DNA from: Lingula anatina
Lineage: Eukaryota > Animalia > Brachiopoda
Assembly: GCA_051362555.1 (NCBI GenBank)
Contig: CM120644.1
Span: forward strand, 6,952,954-7,016,953
Reading direction: 5' to 3'
DNA: 64,000 nt
In this document: piece by piece, positions 26,048-38,600 of the stretch
Layout: every line of letters begins with the position of its first letter
How positions within the stretch are numbered: position 1 is the stretch's first letter
Translations under genes and position numbers: made by a program
The notes under the pieces: model-generated
The model's database searches: none
What the model saw: only the letters and a program-made list of their open reading frames with translations
What the model was told of the DNA's origin: nothing

Positions 26048-27669
26048 GAGGATGATAAGCCTTATACATGTGGGTATAGTTACGTCCAACACAGTAAATA
26101 CTTTAATGATCCCGTGTACCTCATAGGACAGCCCTATAATGACATTTTACAAAGAGTGCCATCGTGTGTGTAGAATACTGTAGTACGGCAGTTCTATGAG
26201 ATATTGAAGAGATTAATTTGTAAATTACTTATTTTTTATTTGCTGTTGTACAATAGATGAGACATGTTTGAACGTGTATGTACTCTGTAACTGCTAAAAT
26301 AAAACGTTTTCCGATACAACTGTGCAAGCTTCAGATACATCGGCCTAATTTCTATCGTTCCAAGTCAGAGGTGCGCTAGATGGTTGATTTACATATTTTT
26401 TTAAAACAAATTCACACCACAAAATTGCAAGATAAGGACTATGCGTGCGACCAACAAGGTGGACTAAATGCTTGTAAAAGTACATTTACTTGTTGAAATG
26501 TAAACTCTAGGCGGCTTCTTGTCATCTTCTATGCAGTCATCAGTTTGTATTCTAAGTGGACTTTATAGATATATATCCAGTTAAGTAGCATGGTGGATCA
26601 TTTAAGTAAAAGGAAAACAGCGAATATGTCCTTGTAATATGAATTGCTTATGTACAAAAGGAAATTAGTGTTCAGGTTTTGTTAGCTGTGCACTAAAACA
26701 TTTTCACCCAAAATTGCAGGAATAACAAAGTACGAGCTGCCAAAATATGAATATCATATCATATACATGTACTTAACCTGTAATTAACAAAGCTTTGCTT
26801 GGATTTTTTTCCTGGTACCTCTTACGTTGAATTTATAATTTCTGCAGCTCGTGTCCAAAGGGGAAATTCTGCAGCAAACTTCCACAAGCTTCTTTTTAAA
26901 CTCCATGTAAACTTCGCATTGCTGAATAATTCATTGTTTATACGTATTATTGCTCAGGCCGTTGTACACCTTTACACTGAATCACTTCGCATTAGTTCGT
27001 GTCGTTTCTACATTGTACCTAGACTGGATGAGATCAACGCTTTCCATTGTGCAATTTAATTTCATATCAAGCCAGGAAAAAAAGGAAAGTGTTCAAGACT
27101 TCGAAATAAAAGGTAACATTGTCAAAGGGCAGCAATTAAAAACGCAGGGTTGTCTGTAAATGAACTCATACACGTTTACATATCAGTGTAAGATCTACTC
27201 CAGGCTATGCCTGTTAATTAAATAAGTTTGGCACCCGTTGTGACAGGAATAGGTAGTCTTAAGAATGGAATTCGGGGTCCCATATGCTTAGTACAGGTTA
27301 GGGTTATACATGTATATGGTCGAAATATTTGGGTTAGTATTTGTTGAGTTTTCACCGGCATGAAATGAAAAACAGAGTAGATGGCCTTGTGGTCAAAGTT
27401 AGCTAGTTAGCTAGCAAAGTTAGTTAGTTTACAGGGTACATGTTTGACCCCGTTCATGGACATACCAGACATTGTTGACGTTCCCTCTAACAAAGCCGCA
27501 GATTGATTTTCCCTAGATAATCACAGATATTTCTCTGGAAAATTATGACATATGTCTGAAATGTCTAACGAGAAATTTGGTATATCGTTGTTATCACCAC
27601 TCAGATGGCCTTCACTTTATCCTTGATGAACGGCACCTGCTGTACCCGCACTTGGCACTCTTTCCTTAT

Positions 27670-28226
27670 GTCCCTATTTCATACAGACCACGGATTCCAC
27701 GAATGGCCATGAATTGACAAATTTCAGGATTCGTGGTTGAATCGTAATCAGTTAGTGAAGTTCTTAACAGATTCGTATATATTCGTAGTCAGTTCTTGCA
27801 CTTCTTGACCAACAGGAATTAGTGGCAGAAACTTTGATGCCCCTATTTCACACAGACCACGAATCCCACGAATCGCCAGGAATTGAAAATTTCAGGATTC
27901 GTGGTTGAATCGTAATCAGTTCTTAACAAATGCGTATATAATCGTAGTCAATTCTTGATCAATCGTGAATTCGTGGCAAAAATATTGAGCTGTTCAAAAT
28001 TTTGGCCACGAACTCCCGCTTCCAAAAAAATCGCACTGAATTTCTGGACAATATTCGTGCGATTACAGCCAAATCCCACAAATATTCGTAACACTATCGC
28101 ACCTGTATCGTAACTGAATCGCAGAGCGTGTCGAATTAGACCAGAAAATTGGCAAAATCTCACGAATCCTGAAATTTGTCAATTCCTGGCGATTCGTGGG
28201 ATTCGTCGTCTGTGTGAAATAGGGGC
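27670..28226. mobile_element. Harbinger-like MITE with a duplicated 5' end
   Basis: GCCCTATTTCACACAGACCACGAATCCCACGAATCGCCAGGAATTG (27839, with a variant at 27670) is inverted at 28180-28226 (...TCTGTGTGAAATAGGGGC). Confidence 0.75.
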
Positions 28227-28780
28227 ATTAGGCTCAGAAAGCATCTGGCGAGGACACCGTACGGTGAAATCGCATACCATTTTCTTTTGACATCGTAAGT
28301 AACCTCGGGCTACGGCAAGAACCGGTATATGTATGTTTACATTACACTGTACGTACGGGTGCTGTGCTTTTTCTCCAATATATCCGTGAGGTCTACAAAC
28401 ATTGTAGACACCTCGATCATGTAAAGAGATGCATAACAAGTATGCGTGCACCACATGGACACGTGAAGGCAAATATAACCCAGGCTTTAGGGGCCGAATA
28501 ACGGATTAAATACCAGGTCTGGCATTGAAATATATTGTAGCTTACACGTATGTTCGCTTTTACCTGTCTGCCCCCCCCCCCCCCCCCCACCCCCCCAGGG
28601 AGGATATAGGACATCTGCAATCATTTTGAAGCTGAGTTAAAAAACCAAAATAGATCATTCGATTAGACTTATTCGTTCCCCTCTGCTATAAAAAAAAAAC
28701 AAAAACAAAAACAAAAAAAAACAAGGTCCTCTCACCCAAAGTTCGATCGATATCACGTGATATTTAAATGAACTGAAGTT

Positions 28781-28952
28781 GGGAAATTCCGGTTAATATT
28801 TCTGTACCTGCACTTTACAGTATATTGCTATGTTTGGAATTTCCGTGTCTGCCGCTTACTTTCAGTGTTGCAGTCGTAGCATAAAATAAAGTCGTTGGAT
28901 ATTTTACTTTTATTTCGGAGAAATACACGAAAACATGTCGGTTGATGAGAGA
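28781..28952 (+). pseudogene. Relic promoter and first codons of a further paralog
   Basis: CGGAGAAATACACGAAAAC-ATGTCGGTTGATGAGAG (ATG 28935) aligns to the paralog-5 start CGGAGAAATACGCGCAAC-ATGTCAGCTGATGAGAAG. It is preceded by kB-like sites GGGAAATTCC (28781) and TGGAATTTCC (28835). Confidence 0.6.
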
Positions 28953-29550
28953 CAATATACCTGCTAAAGTTCTGGTCAGTCAAAGTCAAACTGCTAACAT
29001 TGAATTTTCACTAATCCACATTTCCCAGTCAGTTACGTCTACAGCTCTAAGCTGAAGCTGGGTTATACGGTTGATTAACGTTTTTTCATTTAAACAAATT
29101 TGCGCGAATTCACAAATCGCAAAGATAAATACACGCGTATGTTAGATTAACAAGGTGGACTGTTTGCTAGTAAATTTATCTCTAAAAAATAAGCACTTGG
29201 TGGCTTCTTGATATCTTCTGAGCAGTCGCCAGTGTGTATGCTAATGACGTTATGATTTTATAGATTAATATTCAATTTAGTAGCCTGTTGGATCATTTAA
29301 GTATAACGAAAACAGCGAAGTCATACTTACAAAATGAACCAGCGGTGATTTTTTTTTTTTTTTTTTTGGGGGGGGGGGGGGGGGGGCTGAGCCCCCCCTC
29401 GATTTCTGAAAAAAAATCACAACAAGGTCCCCTCTTGAAATTAGAATTTTGACTAGCTGAATCATAGTTCTTAACAGTAGCAAATGGCACCGTTCACTTT
29501 CTAAAATACCATATTTTTCGGGACTTTTAAGCTGAAGGGCCCCAAACCCC

Positions 29551-30211
29551 CACCCTGAGCTTCAGAGATAACTTGACACTAACCTCTTCACTATAGCCTA
29601 TCTTCATCGTGTCAAGTTACCTCTGACGAAATAGTTTGACCTAGTTTATATAAGCCAATCAAATCCAAGTTTCAAAATTTTTCACCAAAGTTTGGTGAAA
29701 ACGCTGATTGGTTGACCGTCAATCGGTAATCCTCGGCTGATTCCGCAAGCTCCATACTAACAACAAAGTTATTGTCGAGTGCGGAGACATCCGAGTAGTT
29801 CCGAGTGCATAACCGTGCACAAAGAAAGCATGGCGTCTCCTAAGAGTGACTATGTAAAATAATGTGTTAAGTTATCTCTTGATTCTTTGCAAAATATGAG
29901 TATATCGGAATTGAAACCAGAGCAGTTTGAGGCCCTGCATCATTATCTACTGAGGGATGATGTATTTTGCGTGTTGCCCACAGGTTACGGCAAGTAACCA
30001 GCCTTATCTTTGATTGGTCCGGATTTGAATAAAGCGCGCTTTGACTCGTTCGCGTTCATTGGCTAGATCGTTCAATGAGTCATTGAGTGCGGACTTTAAA
30101 TTTGATTGGCGGGCGGCGGGGGCAATCGAATGTGGTCAGAGGTAACTTGACACGGTGAAGATAGGCTATAGTGAAGAGGTTAGTGTCAAGTTATCTCTGA
30201 AGCTCAGGGTG
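29551..30211 (+). mobile_element. 661-bp TIR element carrying a RecQ-like helicase 5' fragment (possible Academ-type derivative)
   Basis: Near-perfect TIRs of about 75 bp (CACCCTGAGCTTCAGAGATAACTTGACAC...) and an 8-bp TSD CAAACCCC. The internal frame 29830-29997 reads ...ELKPEQFEALHHYLLRDDVFCVLPTGYGK*. Confidence 0.8.
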
Positions 30212-30417
30212 CAAACCCCGCACGCCTAGTGCCTTTTTTATCCGCGGACCCTTCCCCCTTCAAAAAATCCTGGATCCGCCCCCGTGAACTGATTATGTAC
30301 AAAGGAAGTTACCATTGTACACCTTAACACCGAATCAATACGCATTTGTTCTTCGCTTTTTAGACTGCATTTAGACCGATACCTGTGCCAATACTTTTCA
30401 TTAAGCCGGAAGCTACC

Positions 30418-30920
30418 TGGGGCCCGTTTCACGAAGCAATCGATCGTTAGTTAGAATAACTATCTACTAAACTACCTCGCTAATGAGAAAACTTAGCGAT
30501 TGTCGAGAGGTGTTTCACGAAGCAGTCATTAACTCATCACTTAGTTCAGTCTGAAGTTCGGTCGTTAGTTCTCTTGTTACTTAACATTGTCTCGAAACAT
30601 GCAGTCTACCGGAAGTGTAACTCTTGCGTTAAATTGTCACGAAAGCACTAACTCTCCAATTTTTGGCGGCTGGAAATCCATAAGAACGTCTGGTTTGAGG
30701 TCGTCGTAAAGGATCTCCACCACCTTTTCTGCCGCTCTCCTTGTCACAGCCAGGCGCAACCTCTCGTAAATTGCATCATCATGTGTATATTCTAATATCA
30801 TCTGCCTCTGATGAAACCGTCGTAGTCTACGTTGCCGTCTGGCGGTACGTAGGCCTACAGGAAGAAAGGCAGCCGTCATATTGTATACAAAGACAAACTA
30901 GGACAACGATAACTAAACTT
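30418..30920 (-). mobile_element. Truncated Harbinger element with HARBI1-like N-terminal fragment
   Basis: A terminus-like GGGGCCCGTTTCACGAAG lies at about 30419. ORF 30637-30879 (RRQRRLRRFHQRQMILEYTHDDAIYERLRL...VVEILYDDL) resembles the N-terminus of HARBI1-family transposases. Confidence 0.55.
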
Positions 30921-30925
30921 AAGTT

Positions 30926-30980
30926 GGGGAATTCCCTTTCTCTGCACATGAGATCATACAATTGACGCTGGGAATTTCCC
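30926..30980. promoter_or_regulatory. Pair of NF-kB consensus sites upstream of paralog 3
   Basis: GGGGAATTCCC at 30926-30936 and GGGAATTTCCC at 30970-30980; ATG at 31057. Confidence 0.65.
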
Positions 30981-32468
30981 TACGTAATTGTGTCGTAATT
31001 TTATTTGTGCGGTTAGAACATAAAATGAAATTTTATTTCTCTAAAATACGCAAAATATGCTGAGACTGACTGTTAAGGTTAATATCGACAGAGATCCTAG
31101 AAGAAGAATCCGGTATGATCTAATCGCCTCATTTAAAAAGTGGAGAGAGAAGTACGGTAATGCCGTCAAGTTTGACATATACGACAGATTCTTGCAAGGT
31201 GATTCTTTCTCACCAGGACACTGTGATATACAAGTATTTGTGGTACATGATTCCTCTTTTGCGGTATCTGAACCAGTGTGGTATGGGAACAAAACAGGTA
31301 CTATTTCTTGATTTCAACACATATTTTATATGGATTAAGATATATTTTATATATCCTAATTTGTATTAAGTGTGTAATCATGAGAAAACCAACACAAAGT
31401 GAGAAAATGCTGCAAGTTGGGGGGGGGGGGGTCAACTATATTTGGAGTGTTTGAACATTTAGGTATATGGAGGACACCTGTGGCTCTAATATTTCCTTAA
31501 GCAAATCCCCACCAAATGAGATATGACCAGAGGCATTTTTTTTTGGGGGGGGGGGGGGTAATCAACCGAAAATTTAGTCAAAAAATTGAGAATTGGGTAA
31601 TTTTGATTTGCCTTACAAATTATACGAGTGTCTCCCAATAATTAAGTTTGATTGTATATTTTAGCCCAATTATAAGGAATTAAAATGATATACAACCAAA
31701 CGTTTTTCTCATGGCTACGAATCACATGCTTCGAAAACTCCATTCTATTTTTGTCCATATCATCATCTTGACGGGTCTTCGGGGTATAAGTGTGATCAGG
31801 ACTAACAGATAACTCATTAATCTTTTTATATATCAAATGAAAACTTGCTGTTGTTTTACAGCTTGTCTGATATAATAGATAGAACATTACCTAATTTCTT
31901 ATTCTGTATATTACTGGTACATGTATGTGCGGACATACTCTGTCTATCACTCGACTTAAGCTATCTATTTCAAATCAACAAATGGTCTGAAACGCTTTTA
32001 GTTGTGCTATTTATTCTCATTGAACCTATTATAACTTTATTTCTGGTTAAAACACGCATCTAACACATTTAAAGTCATGCGAATGTTATGTACTAATACA
32101 GTCTCTAATGTTCAGTAGTCTCTTACCCTCTCTAGTTTCACCTTAAACAGTCTCTAATTTATAGTCTTTCTAATCTTGTTTCTTATCCAGGAGGACATGA
32201 AAATCAAATGCATATTCGACAGTTCATGCTAGCTTGCATGCCCAGAAACTGACAAGAGCTTCAAAAATGTCACCGAAAAGTCCAACGTTTATATAAAGCT
32301 GTTACTGGAAAACACTGAATAATGCAATGCTCTCCTGCATAGTCACAGTGACTAACATAGGTTAAACAACACAAAATATATGTTAGTCTCTTAATGCATA
32401 TTTACTCCTCAATCAGTCTTTTGGGTGGTGTTATATCATTCTACCACTTCTTGTAGTTTTCGCACAGC

Positions 32469-32700
32469 CCTAATTGTCTTGTTTAAAGCCCCTGAATTTG
32501 AACATAAATTGCTCACTGGTGGTAAGGTGTGATAATCTGATATTTTCCTAATTGTCTTGTTTAAAGCCCTTGAATTTGAACATAAATTGCTCACTGGTGG
32601 TAAGGTGTGATAATCTGTTATTTCCTAATTGTCTTGTTTAAAGCCCCTGAATTTGAACAATATAAATTGCCCACTGGTGGTAAGCTGTGATAATCTGGTA
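32469..32700. repeat. Tandem repeat, about 78-bp unit x3
   Basis: CCTAATTGTCTTGTTTAAAGCCC(C/T)TGAATTTGAACA... at about 32469, 32547 and 32624. Confidence 0.9.
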
Positions 32701-32702
32701 TT

Positions 32703-33165
32703 TTCAGACGGCGTCTCCTCTTTCTGCGAGGTTCACTGGCATCATCACATCCCACATTGTATGATCTTGGTGCAGTTTCCTTGTTTTAGTCCCTGGTTTG
32801 CTAAACTCTGTCTTATCTTACAGCATGATTCTGTATCCCGGCTGAAGTGCTGAAAGTGGTTTAGCTGTTTTGTCAAATGAATTTTTCTGCTGTAATCGTC
32901 GCTCTGAGAGTCGGGATGTGATCATCTCAGAATCCAGTATCGTCTGCTGAAGGAGTGATTCACTCATAGGAGCGCCGTGCAACCATGCGCTGTGCTGCTG
33001 ATCGAAATACTGAATCTCTTGGTTTATTCCTGCTGTTGAGTGAGCTTAGGCATAGCTATAGGCCACTGCCTTTATGTGCACTTTTCTCCAGTAGGGCTTT
33101 GGCGGCTTGAATTGCTCTCTAAGCTAATTCATTGCTGAAGGAAAAATCTGGTGTGCTTGTTACTT
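32703..33165 (-). mobile_element. Decayed Ty3/Gypsy integrase C-terminal fragment
   Basis: Minus-strand translation, with stops and frameshifts: TSTPDFSFSNELA*RAIQAAKALLEK...LNSRNKPRD...SAAQRMVARR...QQKNSFDKTAKPLSALQPG...PRSYNV...RRKRRRL. This parallels the Gypsy motifs SNGLAERAVQT, RNTP, QKxYYD, PRSY and RRNRRHL. Confidence 0.75.
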
Positions 33166-35581
33166 GATTACATTTCCGAACACTTGTGAATTCCTTGAGT
33201 ACCTTAAACCCAATTTACACTGGACAGCGTCCTTTCCGCGCCCTTTGTGCGACCATGACAGTGATATCGCTGTGGCCGCTTTGCTTGCGGAAAGAATGCT
33301 GCAGTTGCTGGCATGTACTAGTAAAGTACTATTATGTTTTACTTCTAAACGGGGCTGTACAACGGATGCATAAAGAACGTCGTTAAGTGTATGGGGGGGG
33401 GGGGGTAGAATTAAACTATGGACCATCTAAAATCACAATAAGAACCTTCTCAAGGTGTTACCAAACTTGGGAAACAGGGCATTTGATGGCTTTGTGAACG
33501 CACTGATAGAAAGTGGTCAAGTGCACGTTGCCAAAACATTAAGAGGTGAGTTATATCCTTTCACTTTTAATGCTTCATTTCTTTTTTTTTTTTTCAATTT
33601 TTAATGGTTAAATATGATTTACAGAATAGGTTAAAGAATGTTAAAAGGTACATAACGACCTTAAGTAGTCCAAAAAAGACCCCCCCCCCCCCCATTTCTA
33701 CAGCCTCTTCACGAACGGCCCCGTTGTTTGTTTTCATTGTTTATGTAATAATTCAAGTCCAATATCAATTTGAAAGAGTTAAATTATTGTCTGGATGAAA
33801 AGAAACCTATACTGAATATCCATCTTCTATATTTATTCTTTAGAAGCCGAGTCAATGGACCTCCCTGTCCTTAGCAGCTTGGGTATGGTGAGTGAAACTT
33901 TGACCAAAGAATTACCTGGAGAAACGGCTATCAAAGGGATTGGGAAAGCAGGTACGTTTATATGTTTATTTTAATTTTCATAAATAATTTAGAAATGGTA
34001 TGATTCCTATACTTAACATGTAAGTGTAGTTCGAAAACGTTTTGTGCCAAGAAGTTTCTGCTAGTTTCGTCAATTATTTTCTGGGTTTGTCTTTTAAAAG
34101 CATGGCAGCCTTAATTTCACCAAGAAACGACTATGGAAATATTTTATTTCTTAACGATTTGTGAAATCATGGGCTTACACCTATCCAAACTATAATTAGA
34201 GGAGCTACTTTTTAAATAAAGGAAAATCGTGTGCACTTTCTTGTGTAACATTTGTTTCGACTTGATATAAAAAAATATAATTTTCATAGACGCCGCCTCC
34301 TGTGATGTGCAAGCCATGAGCACCAAAAGCGATGATCAACAGATATCTGAAATACTGCAATTAGTAAAGGGAATCCACAAGAATACCAGCTTGCTTGCTA
34401 AAGCTGTAGATCCAGAGAGGATGGCATCCCTCAGGAAAACATCAAGCAACGAGGAGTCTTAAGATGATATCTTTGAGGAGACAAGAAACTCATAAAGTGT
34501 CTACCCAAAATTTAATGTGTGTCCTTTAAATACATGAATACTTTATCCAATTCATTTGTGTGTGTACATATATGTGTGTGTCTGTGTGTGTTACAATTTA
34601 GCAGATTCAGATTCTCGCAAATTGTCAATCTGCCTAAATAAGTGCCTAGACCATCTACAATCTGCTTAGACAATTAAGAGCCTAGACAATCTGCAATATG
34701 CCTAGACAAGCACAGTAGGTTAGATAATGTGAAAATATTTATCTTAATTTTATAATCATTCGTAATTATCTTTTTGGATATTTTATGTTACCTAATTATT
34801 GTGCATTGAACCCCATTTAATGGGGCATATTTGTTATACCATACATGTACTCTCACAAGATACACGTACCTCCGATGGATAAATTAAGATAATCTATCAA
34901 TCTGAATTAAACTACTTAACCATCTGAGAAAAAAAGAAAGAAAAAAAAAACGCAGTAAGTGCAACGGAGATTTATTAAACGGTTCGTTTCCAGAAAACAC
35001 AAAATGCTATTTCTTCATATCTAAAAAGCAATGCCATATTCATTGTTTATCAAGTTTTCATTACTGAGGGAGAGGTGTTTCCTGGTATAGAAGGGTTCCA
35101 CAGGGGATGTCCAGAGGGAATTTTCCCAGTGAATTGCCCTAAAAATTCAAATAGAAACTCCAAAAGATGACCTCGTTCAACACATGTTCGCACTTATTTT
35201 GACATCTGAAATTGACCACCAATTTAATAATGTGGTAGAAAAATACTAACATAACAATTTAACGTGTTAATTTTTAGCTATTATCAGACAAAAACATCAA
35301 TTAATGTGGCCAATTCCTTAGCTGCTGCTGCATGTATTATAAAATCCACTGCCAGCAAATGTATGTTCGATACCATGTGATATTTACCCAAACAACAGTT
35401 GGAAAATGTCCCTCACTAAGAGCAACACGCTTTGGTATTAGTGCATTGACTCGGATTGGCATTTTAAGTGTTCTTGCACGTGTTTCATTCTTCCTGGTTT
35501 GTGTGACTTGTATGACGTGCAGATACATGTATTGTTGTACACTTTTTAAAACTTACAAGCTAAGATTATGAATCAATATTA

Positions 35582-35645
<64 letters not shown>

Positions 35646-38600
35646 CCGACGTTCTGAAGTTAGTGAACGTGACACAAGTACAATATGTCCAAAAACTGAT
35701 GAGTACGTTCACTGGGCGCTTGGTCTCTAGTATCGAAACAAGTACACAAAGATTAACTCTAAATTAGCTGCCCTTCCAGAATTAAATAACTGGCAGATCA
35801 GGTAAAGGGTGTTTATGTCATTCAGTGCGAGAAAAAAGACCATCAGTCAAAATGGCTGGAGGAACTTGAGGACAAATGTGCAAAAATCGGAGAATCCCCC
35901 GGTGAAGTCAAAGCGATAAAGAAAACGTTAATAAGGATAAACAAACTGAAAATGATGATGTCTGTCAGGCATGCCTGAAAAGAGAACATGAACCCGAAGA
36001 ATATCGGGAAGAACCAGGAAATTCTGGAGTAGAATACAAAGCGAAAGACGAAGTTATTAGAAAACTGAAGGAAAAAGAGGAAAAAATACATCAATTTTGG
36101 GTAAACTCTCAGTTATGAAGAACTATTAAATTTAAGAAGAGGAATGAAAAATTGAGAAAATCGCCGAGAAAAACAATTATAATGTAAAAATCATCTGTCG
36201 TTCAAAAGAACAAGTACAAAAAAGCAGTGCAGAACTTGAAAAGAGAGAAACGCATGAAGCACAAATTCGTGAACAGCTATCAGTAAAAGAGAAGATGTAT
36301 GGCGGAGAGAAACAAAGAACTACAAGATATGACCAACAATCTTGATAAAAAAGTACAAATACTTGACAGTCTTCAAGAGCATGCAAACACTAGAAAAACA
36401 AAAAAAAACTGTCAGTTAGAAAAAAATGTGTACGAAATGACAGGTACGATCTGGCGGTCAAAAACAAACAGTGTAATGAACTATCTGACAAATATTGGAT
36501 GCTTTAGCCTCCCTAGCCGCATGGAATCAACGGTGGAAGGACATGGAAACCAGGCTTAAAAAAGATGATAAGGTAAGTACATGTACATTGTATATGCACG
36601 CCATGCTATTGTATTTACACTCAATGTGTGTATACAAAGACGATTACCGTTTGTTTCAAGCTATGCGCCCGCACCTTAGGGATAATTCCCACAGATATTT
36701 GGATCTATTTTTCTCCCTGGGAGTCTCTCCAAATTGCTGTCAAACTAAGCTGTTGGGGGGGGGGGGGTAATTATCTTTACCCTCTATTTTATTTGGTAGG
36801 CGTGGCAGACATTTAAGCCGATTAGTTGACAGCAATTTAGTGAGGCTCCCCAGGGAGTTAAATCGATCCAGATGGAAGGATCTAAGCATGGGAACCCAGT
36901 CTTAGACCAGCCAGTCCCCAAACCCTAATTTGGACACCACCTAGGGGAAGGCTAAGGCTGGGTTCCCATCCCTAGATCGATCTGGATCGGTCCATATCCA
37001 TGGGGTCTCTCGCTAAATTGCTTTCAGCTCAAGTGAATTAGACGTCTGGGACGCCTACTAAAGATACTAGTTAAGTATCCCCTATCAGCTTCAGTAAGCG
37101 TGATAGACATCTAAGCTGCCCAAGTTAATTGCAATTAAGCGAGAATCCCCTTTGATATAGTTCGATCTAAATTAGTTAGTACGATAGGGTCTAGGAATGG
37201 TCTCTAACAGAGGCTAATCTGGCACCATCATGAATGATACTGGTTAGCAAACTAAACAGATCCTTTCAATAATGAGAGAGAAACAATCCTATGCTAAACA
37301 TGTTGCTGCTGCTGCTGCTCCCATCCCCCCAATAGCGAAGGATGATGAGTATGATAAAGATGAACATGGTGTATTTGACGTTTAAACTGTGTAATTTGTA
37401 TAATGTTTATGTTCTTCATCAAACCTTACTTGTCTTTTAATAGTCTCTCTCTCTCTCTCTCTCTCCGAATAAATATGCTGAATGAGCAGAACACGGAGAA
37501 ATTGCTAAAACGAAAGAGGTACGTGACTAAAACGGTCGTCGACCAAATTTGGCAAGGACAAAAAAATGAGGTCCTTTCTTCCATTGAAAAAATGGGGGAT
37601 CGCGTGATAGGGTGTCTGGCGTCAAAATGTCGGGATCTGGCCTGTTATTTTCACGACAAGAAAGCGGAAAAGAATCTCCTTTCGATGAGAATGCCGAGTT
37701 AAAAAATATTTGCTCTTTATTATCAAAATGTCTAGATAAGTTTGATAATACTTAATAGGGGACAAAACAACATTACAATGAAGTCAATATTCTCAGACTT
37801 GTGTTAAATTTTAATTGACATTATATAAAATTAGACAATATAATACTCCTAAAATATATAATCTGTATTTCAGGTTACTCATGGCGTGAACTGGGCAGAG
37901 CACTTGAGATAAGCACGCGTTGCCTTGACGACAATAGAGAGCTTTCGCACCTGCACGTTTAGGCGAACGACTACGTTTAGGTCATCATAATTTGCTGTCT
38001 AGTGACGTGTACACATACGGTTAGAGAGAACATTATCCGCAGCTAGATTGCTACCCGTCAATGAAAAACGGTTTGACAAATCAGCATAATTTCATGAAAT
38101 CAAGCCTTTCAAAGTTGACCGTTTCTATACTAAAATCGCATTGGACATTTTATTTTTGCAGTATATGTGAAACATTTTGTCTCTGTTATTTGTGTCTATG
38201 TTTTTGTTACTATTGAAATATAGGTTATACCCGTAAAAAAGGCATTTTCCACTGACCACAAGGTAGTCAGAACTGGCCTTCCGCACGCGTGACGGATTGT
38301 ATTATAAGACTGTTAGGTCATCATCTTGTGAGCAGTTTTTACGAGTACACATGCCTTTATAAGTGGTCTATAGACTAGCCGTCTGCACTTGACGCGTAAC
38401 AAGCAGGATATCCGTCAGGTAAGTGCCGTTTAGTAAGACACTACTAGTAGCTCGATTTTCTCCATAGTTGATAGGAGACATATATCCTAGACTTTTAATG
38501 CAAATTTTATGAAGCCTTGTTTCGAAAGTCACACGGCGTCCTATTTTGTGTATTTGAATGAATCTGTACTCTGAAATTTTGGGATGAGAAGCATTGATTA

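Larger units (their letters stand above)
31057..34462 (+). pseudogene. Paralog 3: internally deleted copy (exon 1, 3' part of CARD exon, exons 6-7)
   Basis: Exon 1 (31057-31297, 241 nt, LIASFKKWREKYGNAVKF) is intact. No homologues of exons 2-4 are visible. The CARD tail NLLKVLPNLGNRAFDGFVNALIESGQVHVAKTLR is at about 33441-33545. Exon 6 (33844-33951) and exon 7 (34290-34462, ending RKTSSNEES*) are intact. Confidence 0.75.
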
